In this document: positions 53,692 to 62,425 of the stretch, one piece after another
How the letters are laid out: each line of letters begins with the position of its first letter
Numbering within the stretch: the first letter of the stretch is position 1
Translations under genes and position numbers: made by a program
Assembly: GCA_964636435.1 (NCBI GenBank)
Contig: CAZWRS010000001.1
Span: 11,345 to 75,344 of the forward strand
DNA: 64,000 nucleotides
Direction: 5' to 3'
DNA from: an uncultured Candidatus Saccharibacteria bacterium
GTDB taxonomy: Bacteria > Patescibacteriota > Saccharimonadia > Saccharimonadales > JAGQNK01
The notes under the pieces: model-generated
The model's input: the letters and a program-made list of their open reading frames with translations, nothing else
Told to the model about the DNA's origin: nothing
Databases searched by the model: none

Positions 53692-54387
53692 CTAAATCCG
53701 GACCTGCTGACGAAGCAGATTGGTGGCGAGCTTAAGTGCGTCGGGTGCGCATGCAGCAGCGTCCGTAACCTGCTTGAGGACCAGCGGCTGATCGGTGGCA
53801 TAAGCCAGGCGCAGCAACTTAATATGATTAGCGACAAACGGTGCACCTTTCTGCGCGCGAAACGCCATATGCTCAAAATCGAACAAATATTGCTCCTCCG
53901 GCTGCAGTTTATGCCCCGCCGTGTCCGTCTGTAAATTGGGCATATGTCCCGTGACATTGAGTAGCTGCATACTGAACCATAGTTCTGTCAGGTCGGGCGA
54001 AAACTCCAAGTCATCCAGCGCCTCCAACGTCCGCTGTAGAATCAGAAAGTACTCCTCGCCAGCCGCGTCCTCGGTCACATGATTCATCCGCTTCATAAAT
54101 TCATACGACAGCATCGTCCTATTGATGTCTTGTACGATATTGCCGAAATGCCTGATCAGTCGCGAGGATACCAGCGTGCCCATATCGCCCCTGCCCGGCA
54201 AGACCGTGAGACTACTGACACTGAGCAGCTCAATGCCACCGGCTAGCTTGGAGCGTGGACGACGCACCCCTTTGGCTATAACCTTGAGCTTACCCTGGTC
54301 AGGCGTCAGGAGGGTCAGAATCCGATCTGCTTCACGAAAATCGGTGCGCGCCAGGACAATACCTGTCGTGATTATCTGATTTTTCAT
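53692..54387 (-). CDS. recO: DNA repair protein RecO
   Basis: N-terminal OB fold GIVLARTDFREADRILTLLTPDQGKLKVIAKGVRRPRSKLAGG; its ATG overlaps the upstream TGA (ATGA at 54384-54387). Confidence 0.8.
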   Translation of the reverse strand: MKNQIITTGIVLARTDFREADRILTLLTPDQGKLKVIAKGVRRPRSKLAGGIELLSVSSLTVLPGRGDMGTLVSSRLIRHFGNIVQDINRTMLSYEFMKRMNHVTEDAAGEEYFLILQRTLEALDDLEFSPDLTELWFSMQLLNVTGHMPNLQTDTAGHKLQPEEQYLFDFEHMAFRAQKGAPFVANHIKLLRLAYATDQPLVLKQVTDAAACAPDALKLATNLLRQQVRI

Positions 54388-54752
54388 GCCTGCACTAACG
54401 TGGCTTCGTTGACCGTACGTATTAGCTGCTGCAGGTTGGTTGCCGGTTTGTACAGATACGCCACCACTCCGAGCTCAGGAGTTATGGTCAGGTGCTGGTC
54501 AAACGCCAGCGTGTGGAGTATGATGGGGACTTTCTGCCATTCCTGGTACGAACGGAATTCATACAAGAACTCTACCCCGCCATGCCCGGGCAGTTGCAGC
54601 TCGAGCACGACGACGTCTGGCGTAGTTGAGTCAGCAAGCATTACTGCCTGCTGGCCGCCCCGCGCCCATGCGACAGTATGCCCTGCCCGCTCCAACGCCG
54701 TCCCGTACACATCCCCCAGCAGGGCGTCCGGCTCTATCAGTAGGACGCTCAT
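54384..54752 (-). CDS. Pseudo-receiver (REC fold with Glu at the phospho-acceptor position)
   Basis: Aligns to the other receivers in this window: LLIEPD, VVVLELQLPG (their xxxLDxMMP), IILHT, YLYKP. Confidence 0.8.
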   Translation of the reverse strand: MSVLLIEPDALLGDVYGTALERAGHTVAWARGGQQAVMLADSTTPDVVVLELQLPGHGGVEFLYEFRSYQEWQKVPIILHTLAFDQHLTITPELGVVAYLYKPATNLQQLIRTVNEATLVQA

Positions 54753-55444
54753 ACGAGGCTCAACTGGGCGCTGGGGTGGAGCGTAGCCGCCAGCCCGGTA
54801 AATTTATTATGTCTCGCGACCCTAAGAGAGGACTCCATCGTCTTAAACAAAGCATCGGCTACAAATACACTCGCACCGTTCGAACCGGTAGCCGTCGGCA
54901 TTGCCTGCTTCGCCCCGCCAAAGAGTGCCCTGCCGCGGCGCAGCATGTCCGTGCTCAATCCGGGTTGGTTATCAAAAACACCAGCCACCAGGCCGTGAGC
55001 GCTTCTGTGCGCGGCCAGAACCACGCGGTGTCGTGCACTTTCAGCCGTGCGGGTTTCTATCATGCCGTACCCCAGCAGCAGCAGTGCCGACTCCAGGCTC
55101 TGGCGATGCGCCATAACCGGGCCATACCTGCCAGACAGGCTTAATTCCAGGTCACAGTCATTCTGCCGGGCCAGTGGCGCCAGCTGGTGTGCTGTTTCAT
55201 GCAATACCGAGGCAACGGACACAGGTTCCAATTGGAAAACCTCTTGTGCCTGCCGGTCAGCACTCAGCAGGAAGCTGTCCAGAATCCGCAGCGCCGTTTC
55301 GGCGACGTAGGAGATGCTCTGTAAATCCGCGGTTTGCGGTGATGCCTGCCTCAGCTCTGACAGGCGGGCAATCTGTAGCAAGGGTAACTTTAGCTGCTCA
55401 GCGATTGCGCGTAGTAATCTGTCATCGGTGGTCGTGCCTGCCAC
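54749..55444 (-). CDS. Degenerate histidine-kinase-like protein (no His, no N-box Asn)
   Basis: LLRAIAEQLKLPLLQI sits where the H-box SHELRTPL is expected; LLLLGYGMIE sits where NLLxNA is expected; VFDNQPGL keeps a G1-like box; the G2 box is eroded; GTG start. Confidence 0.7.
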   Translation of the reverse strand: MAGTTTDDRLLRAIAEQLKLPLLQIARLSELRQASPQTADLQSISYVAETALRILDSFLLSADRQAQEVFQLEPVSVASVLHETAHQLAPLARQNDCDLELSLSGRYGPVMAHRQSLESALLLLGYGMIETRTAESARHRVVLAAHRSAHGLVAGVFDNQPGLSTDMLRRGRALFGGAKQAMPTATGSNGASVFVADALFKTMESSLRVARHNKFTGLAATLHPSAQLSLV

Positions 55445-55471
55445 ACCTCATACCCTCTTTCAATGAAAGCA

Positions 55472-55480
55472 ATTATACCA
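55472..55480 (-). promoter_or_regulatory. Extended -10 element upstream of the pseudo-kinase operon
   Basis: On the minus strand, TGGTATAAT, 27 nt upstream of GTG 55444. Confidence 0.45.
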
Positions 55481-55529
55481 TCATTTGGATACTAAGTTTG
55501 TTCGATTGTGCAGTAAACTGCAGTAATTT

Positions 55530-56333
55530 TTACGGAGTGAATTCGAGCGTTTTCAGCACAACGTCGTTGAAATCCTTGCCGAAGCTCTGTCCGGATAGCG
55601 TGCTGATGCGTATTGTTTTATCACGTAGTGGCAATACGACCGCACTGCCCTGCTTTTCGCGCTCGACTTCGCCATCTATGCGTGCACCTAGCACAGCTGG
55701 CACCCGCTCAGCCTTAAACGGCGAGACACGCACGGTGCCGCGTTTTGCGCTACTCTCATAACTCCCTAATACCCTATCGTACGGCTGTTCCAGCACCTCG
55801 AGTCGGAGCGCAAACGCAGCTCCGGATCTTGGCCCCGGCACAACGCCGCGGTGAAAATATCCATTCACTGGCGTACTGCCACTAGACTCATCGACAGTAG
55901 CGCTCCAGGTCTTGGGGTAGTCAAACCGAACACGCCCAAACGTGTCCGGACCGGAATACTTCAGATAGGGACTTTTGGATTGCTCGGCGTACTTCTGCTC
56001 CTCAACTTTTTTGGTTTCTTCGATAGCTGCATCTACCGCCGCAGCGACCTTTTGATCAGAATTGTTCTTATAGTCCTGCATCTCGGCGTACGCCCAAAAG
56101 GCAAAGCCGCTCGAGCCGAGGAACGCAAGCACGAATACCACGAGCGCAATAATTAATCCCCATGGCTTTTGCTTTTTTTGCTCGGACATCGATACGCCCG
56201 CTTGGGGATAGGACTGCTGGACCGGCATCTGTGGTGGTTGTAGCGGTTGACCAGCGGGCGGTAATGCCGGACTAGGCGGCATAGCCTGAGCAGGACCCGT
56301 CGGGGGCTGCTGATAGGGATTATCAGGATTCAT
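55530..56333 (-). CDS. Membrane-anchored protein with Pro/Gln-rich N-terminal tail
   Basis: PQ-rich 60 aa, one TM (WGLIIALVVFVLAFLGSSGFAFWAY), and a 170-aa extracytoplasmic domain not assigned to a family. Confidence 0.6.
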   Translation of the reverse strand: MNPDNPYQQPPTGPAQAMPPSPALPPAGQPLQPPQMPVQQSYPQAGVSMSEQKKQKPWGLIIALVVFVLAFLGSSGFAFWAYAEMQDYKNNSDQKVAAAVDAAIEETKKVEEQKYAEQSKSPYLKYSGPDTFGRVRFDYPKTWSATVDESSGSTPVNGYFHRGVVPGPRSGAAFALRLEVLEQPYDRVLGSYESSAKRGTVRVSPFKAERVPAVLGARIDGEVEREKQGSAVVLPLRDKTIRISTLSGQSFGKDFNDVVLKTLEFTP

Positions 56334-56348
56334 ATAGCTTATGCTATC

Positions 56349-56858
56349 TTAACTTTTCTTGCTCGGCAAGTAGGTATAGAGGTACACGCCGTTTTTCTCT
56401 TTAGCGATATCCTTGCCAGGAATTTTGAATGCAAAGCTTGCGAGTTTGACTTTTTGTTCGGGATAATTCTGAATAATCTTTTTATCCAACTTTTCCATAT
56501 ATCTGTCCAGCAAAAAGACATAAATGCCGTCTGTCCGTGGCCACATATGCCACCAATAATTCGCCCAGTGGATAGTAACGCTATCCCGGTACTTCCACGT
56601 ACGTACGTAACTAATGATGACGAGCAGCGGATTCAACTCGTAGCCAACTACCTTCAGCCCCTTCTCGGCTGCAGCTTTTAACATAGCACCGTCACCGCTA
56701 CCAAGCTCAAGAAGGGTCTGCCCCGGCTCTAGGTCGAGCAGGTCCAACGCAGCTGCTTTCTGCTTGCTCAGCGTGGGCAGATACGGGGCGCCAAAGAACA
56801 CCACGAAACCAAATAGCAAGACCAGCCAAACAACAGCAAGGAAAATAAAAACCCACAT
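56349..56858 (-). CDS. Class I SAM-dependent methyltransferase with N-terminal TM
   Basis: LLELGSGDGAML (motif I) and VVGYELNP (motif II). Confidence 0.75.
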   Translation of the reverse strand: MWVFIFLAVVWLVLLFGFVVFFGAPYLPTLSKQKAAALDLLDLEPGQTLLELGSGDGAMLKAAAEKGLKVVGYELNPLLVIISYVRTWKYRDSVTIHWANYWWHMWPRTDGIYVFLLDRYMEKLDKKIIQNYPEQKVKLASFAFKIPGKDIAKEKNGVYLYTYLPSKKS

Positions 56859-56859
56859 A

Positions 56860-57072
56860 CTAAGCCTGAGCCCTTGATTCCCAATCGGCCTTGACCCTGG
56901 CTACCTTGTTCTCCGCTTCCTGTAAGTACGCCTCGAGCTCCTTGGCAATCTTCATGCCGCGCTCATACAAATCAACCGCTTCGTCAACGTTCAACTCCGC
57001 TGACTGCAGCTTACCTAAAATCTCATCCAGCTCACTACTGAGTGTTTTGTAATCAGTTTTTTGACTTGCCAT
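56860..57072 (-). CDS. xseB: Exodeoxyribonuclease VII small subunit
   Basis: 70 aa; LSSELDEILGKLQSAELNVDEAVDLYERGMKIAKELEAYL is typical of XseB. Confidence 0.8.
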   Translation of the reverse strand: MASQKTDYKTLSSELDEILGKLQSAELNVDEAVDLYERGMKIAKELEAYLQEAENKVARVKADWESRAQA

Positions 57073-57081
57073 ATGCTTCCA

Positions 57082-57633
57082 TTATAAGCCTTCTTTTTCC
57101 AACTCGCTAATGACCCGCGGCAAAAACAGTCCCGCAATGTTTCTTACGAATTCATGCTCCTCAGACTCAAAATGTATCGGCGAGGCGCCTGTGGTGCATT
57201 GCCATAAAAACGTTTCAGAATCAGGCAAGTCTGCGCTTAATGCATATGCGCGCTCTTGTGCTCTAAATTCACTTATAGACCCGTAGGAGTTCGCCTTTCC
57301 GGTAGTAACATGAGCATGCTGAAGGCCATATTCCATCCAGCCAGATATTTTATCGCCTCTGGCTCGCAACCAAAGTCTGTCAATCTCAAAATCCCCTTCC
57401 AGCTCCATAGATCGTATAAATCTTTTCCTTTGCTTAGCGTCATCCACAGGTCTGAGGTCAAGGCCGTTATGTGTGTACTCCATCTCTGCAACAGTTTCAT
57501 GGAACAGCACACGGGCGAGTTTAGTTTTTCTTGCAGCTACTTCACGCAATTTCTGCTCATTGGCTTTTTCTGCATAAGCTGCCTTCGTTTCCGCATGTGC
57601 ACGGCGTAATGATTCACGGCCAAAAAGTTTCAC
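57082..57633 (-). CDS. Hypothetical protein inserted between xseA and xseB
   Basis: 183-aa ORF 9 nt upstream of xseB and 36 nt downstream of xseA; no motif recognised. Confidence 0.55.
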   Translation of the reverse strand: MKLFGRESLRRAHAETKAAYAEKANEQKLREVAARKTKLARVLFHETVAEMEYTHNGLDLRPVDDAKQRKRFIRSMELEGDFEIDRLWLRARGDKISGWMEYGLQHAHVTTGKANSYGSISEFRAQERAYALSADLPDSETFLWQCTTGASPIHFESEEHEFVRNIAGLFLPRVISELEKEGL

Positions 57634-57669
57634 ATCAATCCTCTTTCTTATTCTTGTTATAGCTTATTG

Positions 57670-58785
57670 CTAATTGTTGATGCTAGTTATGCTTGCTCGT
57701 AAATGACCGTCCTGCAGCTCAATGTCAATTTCGCCACCGATGGATACAGCTTTCGTTGATGTCACGATCTTGCCGCCAGAGCGCAGTACGGCATAGCCGC
57801 GACGCAGCGCGTCGGTCGGACTGAGTGCCGCCAGAACTTGCTGCCACAGCTGTAATTCGTGTCGTACGTCGCGCAAATACTGACTTGTAGTTTGCGTAAG
57901 CTCCGTAACCTTTGCCTGCAAACTTTTTTGCGCGTCACCGACACTTGCCTGTAGATAATTACCAAGGGCAACCTGGGAGTTTTGGACGTTTTGCAGCAGC
58001 GCCTGCTTGTCAGGGACAAGCAACTGCGCGGCGTTGCTTGGCGTACTCGCCCGCTGATCAGCTGCCAGTTCTGCCAGACTGACATCCACCTCGTGGCCAA
58101 TCGCCACGATAGTTGGGATGCGGCTAGCAGCGATAGCCCGCGTTAACTGCTCGTGATTGAACGCTGCCAAATCCTCTGCGCTGCCACCACCCCTCGTCAT
58201 GACCAGCACATCCACCGGATTTTCATGCGTGTTGAAGTAATCAAGAGCGGCAATCAGCTGGCCAGGCGCTCGTTCACCCTGCACCTGCACGTCCGCCAGC
58301 GCGATATCCACCCCACCCCAGCGCTCGTTCAAAATCTTCATAAAGTCATGGTATGCCGCTGATTCACCAGATGTAATCCGCCCAATGCGCTCCGGCGGAT
58401 TCGGCAGCGGCCGTTTCCGTGACTCATCAAATAGCCCTTCCTTGCGTAACTTCTCTTCCAGCAGAGCGGCAGCCCGTCTGAGCGACCCCTCACCGACGGG
58501 CTGCATGGACTGCACGGTAATGCTAAATCCATACAGCGGATGCAGCCGCGGCGTGCCTGTCACCTGCACCATCAGCCCGTCCTCGAGCGGCCCCGGCAAC
58601 TGGTAAACCGTACCAAATAATTTCACGCTGGCGCTCTCGTCCTTGAGGTCAAAGTACACCCAGCGGTTTTTGCTCACCCGAAAATTCGCCAGTTCACCCA
58701 CCACACTCACCGAGGGATACGCGTATTCAATCGTCTGATTAAAAACAGCGACAAAATCTGAGACACTAAAGACCAGATCGCTCAT
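57670..58785 (-). CDS. xseA: Exodeoxyribonuclease VII large subunit
   Basis: N-terminal OB fold (VVGELANFRVSKNRWVYFDLKDE) and TRGGGSAEDLAAFN. ATG 58785 is preferred over 58815. Confidence 0.9.
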   Translation of the reverse strand: MSDLVFSVSDFVAVFNQTIEYAYPSVSVVGELANFRVSKNRWVYFDLKDESASVKLFGTVYQLPGPLEDGLMVQVTGTPRLHPLYGFSITVQSMQPVGEGSLRRAAALLEEKLRKEGLFDESRKRPLPNPPERIGRITSGESAAYHDFMKILNERWGGVDIALADVQVQGERAPGQLIAALDYFNTHENPVDVLVMTRGGGSAEDLAAFNHEQLTRAIAASRIPTIVAIGHEVDVSLAELAADQRASTPSNAAQLLVPDKQALLQNVQNSQVALGNYLQASVGDAQKSLQAKVTELTQTTSQYLRDVRHELQLWQQVLAALSPTDALRRGYAVLRSGGKIVTSTKAVSIGGEIDIELQDGHLRASITSINN

Positions 58786-59851
58786 GCTTCTCTGCCTCTT
58801 TTTCCAACTGCTCACTCAGCGCCGGCTTGGCATGTAATGTCTTATGGTAGAAGAAATACCCGAGCGGCAACTGCATCGACATAACGAGCACGCGGTACAT
58901 GACGGTCACCGGCAGACTGACGGCCGCCGGGATGCCACCAGCCGACAACACGGCAGTCATGAGCGCTTCGTAAATACCAATGCCGCCCGGCAAAATCGAC
59001 ACCATGCCCGCAAAGTTCGCCACTGCATACGCCATAATCACCGCACCAATATTCACGAACTGACCAAACGCCGCGTAGACTGCATAAATCGTCAGCACCT
59101 CGCCAGCCACAAACAGCAACGCAAAAATGAGTGGCCGTCGCAGCAGGCTCAAGTCTTTTTTGAGCACCTGGAAGTTTTCGTGCAGCTCAGTAAAGGCCAG
59201 CTTGGCTTTGGATATATTGATCGCCTCCGGCCGCCGCGGTCGAACAATACGAATCAAACCGTTGATCAGCCGCGTAATGCTCGTGAAGAACATGTTGATA
59301 CGCGTTTTACTGCCAATAATATAGGTTAGAAGCAATGTACCGACTGTGATGAGCGTGCCAAATATACCAGCCAGCAAGATCGCAAAGTCATTTGCCTGCC
59401 CACCGATCGCCAGCGCAATCAGACCCAGGAACAGCCAGATCTGCATGGCTATAAAGATCATAATGAAGCGCATCATCTGGATAAGCGTCGCCTTGGCCGT
59501 TGAGACTTTTTCATCTTTGAGCCGCAAGGCAATATATGAAAAGCCACTCACGCCACCGCTCGGAAACACCGTGTTCACGAAGTTCAACTCGGCCACGAGT
59601 CGCAGCATCGGCTTGAAACGAAACCGATCACCGACAGCACGGAACAGACTCTGGTACATATTTGCGTGAGCGGTATAGCTCAGGACTTGTGCCGGGACAA
59701 TCAGCACCACCAGCCACAAATTCACGTGGTGCAGGTTGTCGAACGTCTCGTACAGCTGGTCACGCAGCGCGTAAGCCAGCACCACAAGTGCCAGAATGGT
59801 AACGATATTTATGGCGAGCTTCCATCGCCGCGATCGGAGTTTCTCAGTCAC
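58766..59851 (-). CDS. Flippase-like/MprF transmembrane-domain family protein (UPF0104)
   Basis: About 8 TM and an ILPGGIGIYEA motif. GTG 59851 is preferred because the longer ORF overlaps the divergent gene at 59884. Confidence 0.65.
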   Translation of the reverse strand: MTEKLRSRRWKLAINIVTILALVVLAYALRDQLYETFDNLHHVNLWLVVLIVPAQVLSYTAHANMYQSLFRAVGDRFRFKPMLRLVAELNFVNTVFPSGGVSGFSYIALRLKDEKVSTAKATLIQMMRFIMIFIAMQIWLFLGLIALAIGGQANDFAILLAGIFGTLITVGTLLLTYIIGSKTRINMFFTSITRLINGLIRIVRPRRPEAINISKAKLAFTELHENFQVLKKDLSLLRRPLIFALLFVAGEVLTIYAVYAAFGQFVNIGAVIMAYAVANFAGMVSILPGGIGIYEALMTAVLSAGGIPAAVSLPVTVMYRVLVMSMQLPLGYFFYHKTLHAKPALSEQLEKEAEKHERSGL

Positions 59852-59883
59852 TGATAAGGTATTATAGCGTATACTATCAACGT

Positions 59884-61083
59884 ATGATTGTAGCGATTCT
59901 GGGAAGACAGCCCACACTCGGGCTCGCAGAGCTTGAGAGCTTACTTGGCGCAGACACAGTCCGACCACTTGAAAGTGGTACGGCAGCTCTGGTCGAACTC
60001 GAGCCAGATAATTTTCCGATGGCGAGGCTTGGCGGCACCATGAAGGCTGCCCGTTATCTAACAGAACTTCCCTACACCGACTGGGATAAAATAGAAGAAT
60101 TTTTAGTCCAAGAGTTACCTAAACACACCTGCTGTCGACCGCCCGGCAAAATTCGCCTAGGCCTCAACGCGTATGGATTTAAGGTATCGGTAAAACGACT
60201 TAACGCCACCGGTCTGACACTCAAGAAAGTCGTGAAGCACCCACCCGAAGGTGAAGGTCGCTCTGTGCGCGTCGTACCCAACAATGCCCCTGAACTTAAC
60301 ACCGCCCAGGTTATTCACAACCAGCTGACTGGCCCGACCGGCTTTGACCTCATACTCATAAAAAACGGCGCCAAAACTATTCTCGCGCAAACATTTGCCG
60401 TTCAGGATATCGAGGCCTACGCTGCTCGTGATCAGCAGCGCCCCAAGCGTGATGCCCGCGTCGGCATGCTACCGCCAAAACTCGCGCAAACCATCATTAA
60501 TCTGGCAACCACCACCACTGACCCCCATCATGGCGCCATCCTGCTCGATCCTTTTTGCGGAACAGGCGTTGTCCTCCAAGAAGCACAGTTGATGGGCTTT
60601 GATGCGTACGGCACCGATTTGGAGCCGCGCATGATTGAGTACAGTCAGGAAAACCTCGCATGGCTGCACGACACGCACGAAGTCGCAGCAAATTATTACC
60701 GACTCGAGATAGGTGATGCCACCGATTTTCAGTGGCATAACCCGAAAGCGATTCGTTTCATCGCGTGCGAAACCTATCTCGGCCGGCCATTCTCTGGTCC
60801 GCCCACCCCACCGGTACTAAAAAAAGTCATACAGGATGTCGACACTATTCATAAAAAGTTTCTCCGAAACGTCGCCAAACAAACTGACCCTGGTTTCCGA
60901 ATGTGTATTGCCGTTCCGGCCTGGAAGACCAAAAATGGCTTCCAGCACCTTAAAACCCTTGATTCTCTCGAGGAACTAGGGTATACTCGTGTAAGTTTTG
61001 TTCACGTGAGCCATGAGGATCTCATCTATCATCGCGAAGACCAGATAGTTGCCCGTGAACTGGTAGTACTAATAAGGAAGTAA
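59884..61083 (+). CDS. UPF0020/Trm11-like RNA methyltransferase
   Basis: ILLDPFCGTGVVLQEA (motif I) and GTDLEP. The N-terminal domain precedes the MTase fold. TATACT lies 8 nt before the ATG. Confidence 0.7.
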   Translation: MIVAILGRQPTLGLAELESLLGADTVRPLESGTAALVELEPDNFPMARLGGTMKAARYLTELPYTDWDKIEEFLVQELPKHTCCRPPGKIRLGLNAYGFKVSVKRLNATGLTLKKVVKHPPEGEGRSVRVVPNNAPELNTAQVIHNQLTGPTGFDLILIKNGAKTILAQTFAVQDIEAYAARDQQRPKRDARVGMLPPKLAQTIINLATTTTDPHHGAILLDPFCGTGVVLQEAQLMGFDAYGTDLEPRMIEYSQENLAWLHDTHEVAANYYRLEIGDATDFQWHNPKAIRFIACETYLGRPFSGPPTPPVLKKVIQDVDTIHKKFLRNVAKQTDPGFRMCIAVPAWKTKNGFQHLKTLDSLEELGYTRVSFVHVSHEDLIYHREDQIVARELVVLIRK

Positions 61084-61086
61084 GTT

Positions 61087-61359
61087 ATGGCAAAAGTTAA
61101 AGCAGGTGGTAGTAGTAAAAACGTTCACGACAGTCCCGGCCAGCGACTGGGCGTCAAACTTTTTGGTGGCCAAAAGGTCAAGAACGGCCAAGTCATCGTC
61201 CGACAGACCGGTCTGACCAAGCGTGCTGGTGATGGCACCTACTTCAGCCGCAATTACACAATTCATGCCGCCAAAGATGGTATCGTAAAATTCCAGAAGC
61301 GGCGTGTCCGCCTCTTTACCGGCAAAACCGTCCAGCGCACTGAAGTCACGGTCGAATAA
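61087..61359 (+). CDS. rpmA: 50S ribosomal protein L27
   Basis: MAKVKAGGSSKNVHDSPGQRLGVKLFGGQ...IVRQTG matches the L27 signature. Confidence 0.9.
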   Translation: MAKVKAGGSSKNVHDSPGQRLGVKLFGGQKVKNGQVIVRQTGLTKRAGDGTYFSRNYTIHAAKDGIVKFQKRRVRLFTGKTVQRTEVTVE

Positions 61360-61381
61360 ACAATATCAACGAGATATTCAA

Positions 61382-61419
61382 ACGTACTGCCCCATGCATG
61401 GCGCAGTACGTTTTATTTT
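61382..61419 (+). terminator. Rho-independent terminator
   Basis: ACGTACTGC-12 nt loop-GCAGTACGT followed by TTTTATTTT. Confidence 0.8.
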
Positions 61420-61443
61420 GCAGCCATGTATAGGTAAACCTCG

Positions 61444-62301
61444 CTAGCCCTCACCCTGCAAGGGAGCTTGCCCATATGGACCTGTATAAAGGTCATCTGC
61501 TTCTTCATGTAGAACACGACTAATATACTCATCTATGACTGCGGGGTCTGACTGATTAGCCTCCTCGCCCAAGCGTGGAACATAGCCATTAATAACAAAT
61601 CCGCCACGCTCCCTCGCTTCATCTCGCGGTTCAGCAAGCTGGTCAAAGTCTGCCCTCTCCTCGCTTTTGCTAAAATCTGCCCGGTAGATATAACCAATCA
61701 TACGAGCTGTGCGACCATTGCCGTCTTTAAAAGGATGTAACATTACCGTCGTCAAAGCTAGTGCATCACCTATGCGTGCGGGATTTATCGACTCATCTGA
61801 ATTTTGTATCTTCTCGTAAATAGAAGTGAACAAGTCATACCTCTCCTCGGGCGCCACAGTTGCTTTATCACCTATTTTCACAGTGTCGTCATGAATGAGC
61901 GTATCATTCGATCCCTGTAGGCGTCGGTTGAGATCGGTCAGGAATGTCGCAAATGTTTCTTTCGGCTGCTTTTTTAGGGCTTCAACCCGTGCCCGTGGCG
62001 TCTCGCCGCCAAGCCCATACTCCCCGAGCATAGACTGTAGCTCACCCAAACTTAATTTTTCACGAGGGTGGTCACTCTCCTGCCTACTTTGTGCAGTACC
62101 AGCTCCGACCTCTGTCGACCCAAGGCCCCTGTCCTCTGCTTCTGTTTCCGGCAGCTCAACAGTACCTAGGCCCATTGGGGCAGTAACCATATCGACAGCA
62201 AGCTCGGCGGCAACGTCTAGGCCCTCCTGGAAGCGCTTACCTGTAAGCTGAGCATCAAGATGTTCAATATTTTGCTGGGGTGCTTTTTCGATACCGGTCA
62301 T
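61444..62301 (-). CDS. Fic domain protein
   Basis: The canonical HPFKDGNGRTARM motif (HxFx[D/E]GNGRxxR) is present. The N-terminal 110 aa are acidic and disordered. Confidence 0.85.
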   Translation of the reverse strand: MTGIEKAPQQNIEHLDAQLTGKRFQEGLDVAAELAVDMVTAPMGLGTVELPETEAEDRGLGSTEVGAGTAQSRQESDHPREKLSLGELQSMLGEYGLGGETPRARVEALKKQPKETFATFLTDLNRRLQGSNDTLIHDDTVKIGDKATVAPEERYDLFTSIYEKIQNSDESINPARIGDALALTTVMLHPFKDGNGRTARMIGYIYRADFSKSEERADFDQLAEPRDEARERGGFVINGYVPRLGEEANQSDPAVIDEYISRVLHEEADDLYTGPYGQAPLQGEG

Positions 62302-62331
62302 TTTTGTTTTTAGTTTAGTTAACTCTTATAG

Positions 62332-62360
62332 ATTATAGCATAAGATTTATATTTGGTCAA
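62332..62360 (-). promoter_or_regulatory. Near-consensus promoter for the Fic gene
   Basis: On the minus strand, TTGACC (62360-62355), 17 nt spacer, TATAAT (62337-62332), 30 nt before ATG 62301. Confidence 0.6.
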
Positions 62361-62375
62361 TTTGCTTGTCGTATA

Positions 62376-62404
62376 CAAAAAGAACCTTCCCGTAGAAAGG
62401 TTCT
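62376..62404 (-). terminator. Rho-independent terminator after the orphan response regulator
   Basis: AGAACCTT-8 nt loop-AAGGTTCT, followed on the minus strand by TTTTG. Confidence 0.8.
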
Positions 62405-62425
62405 TTGCCCTGCTAAGCGTTAGCT

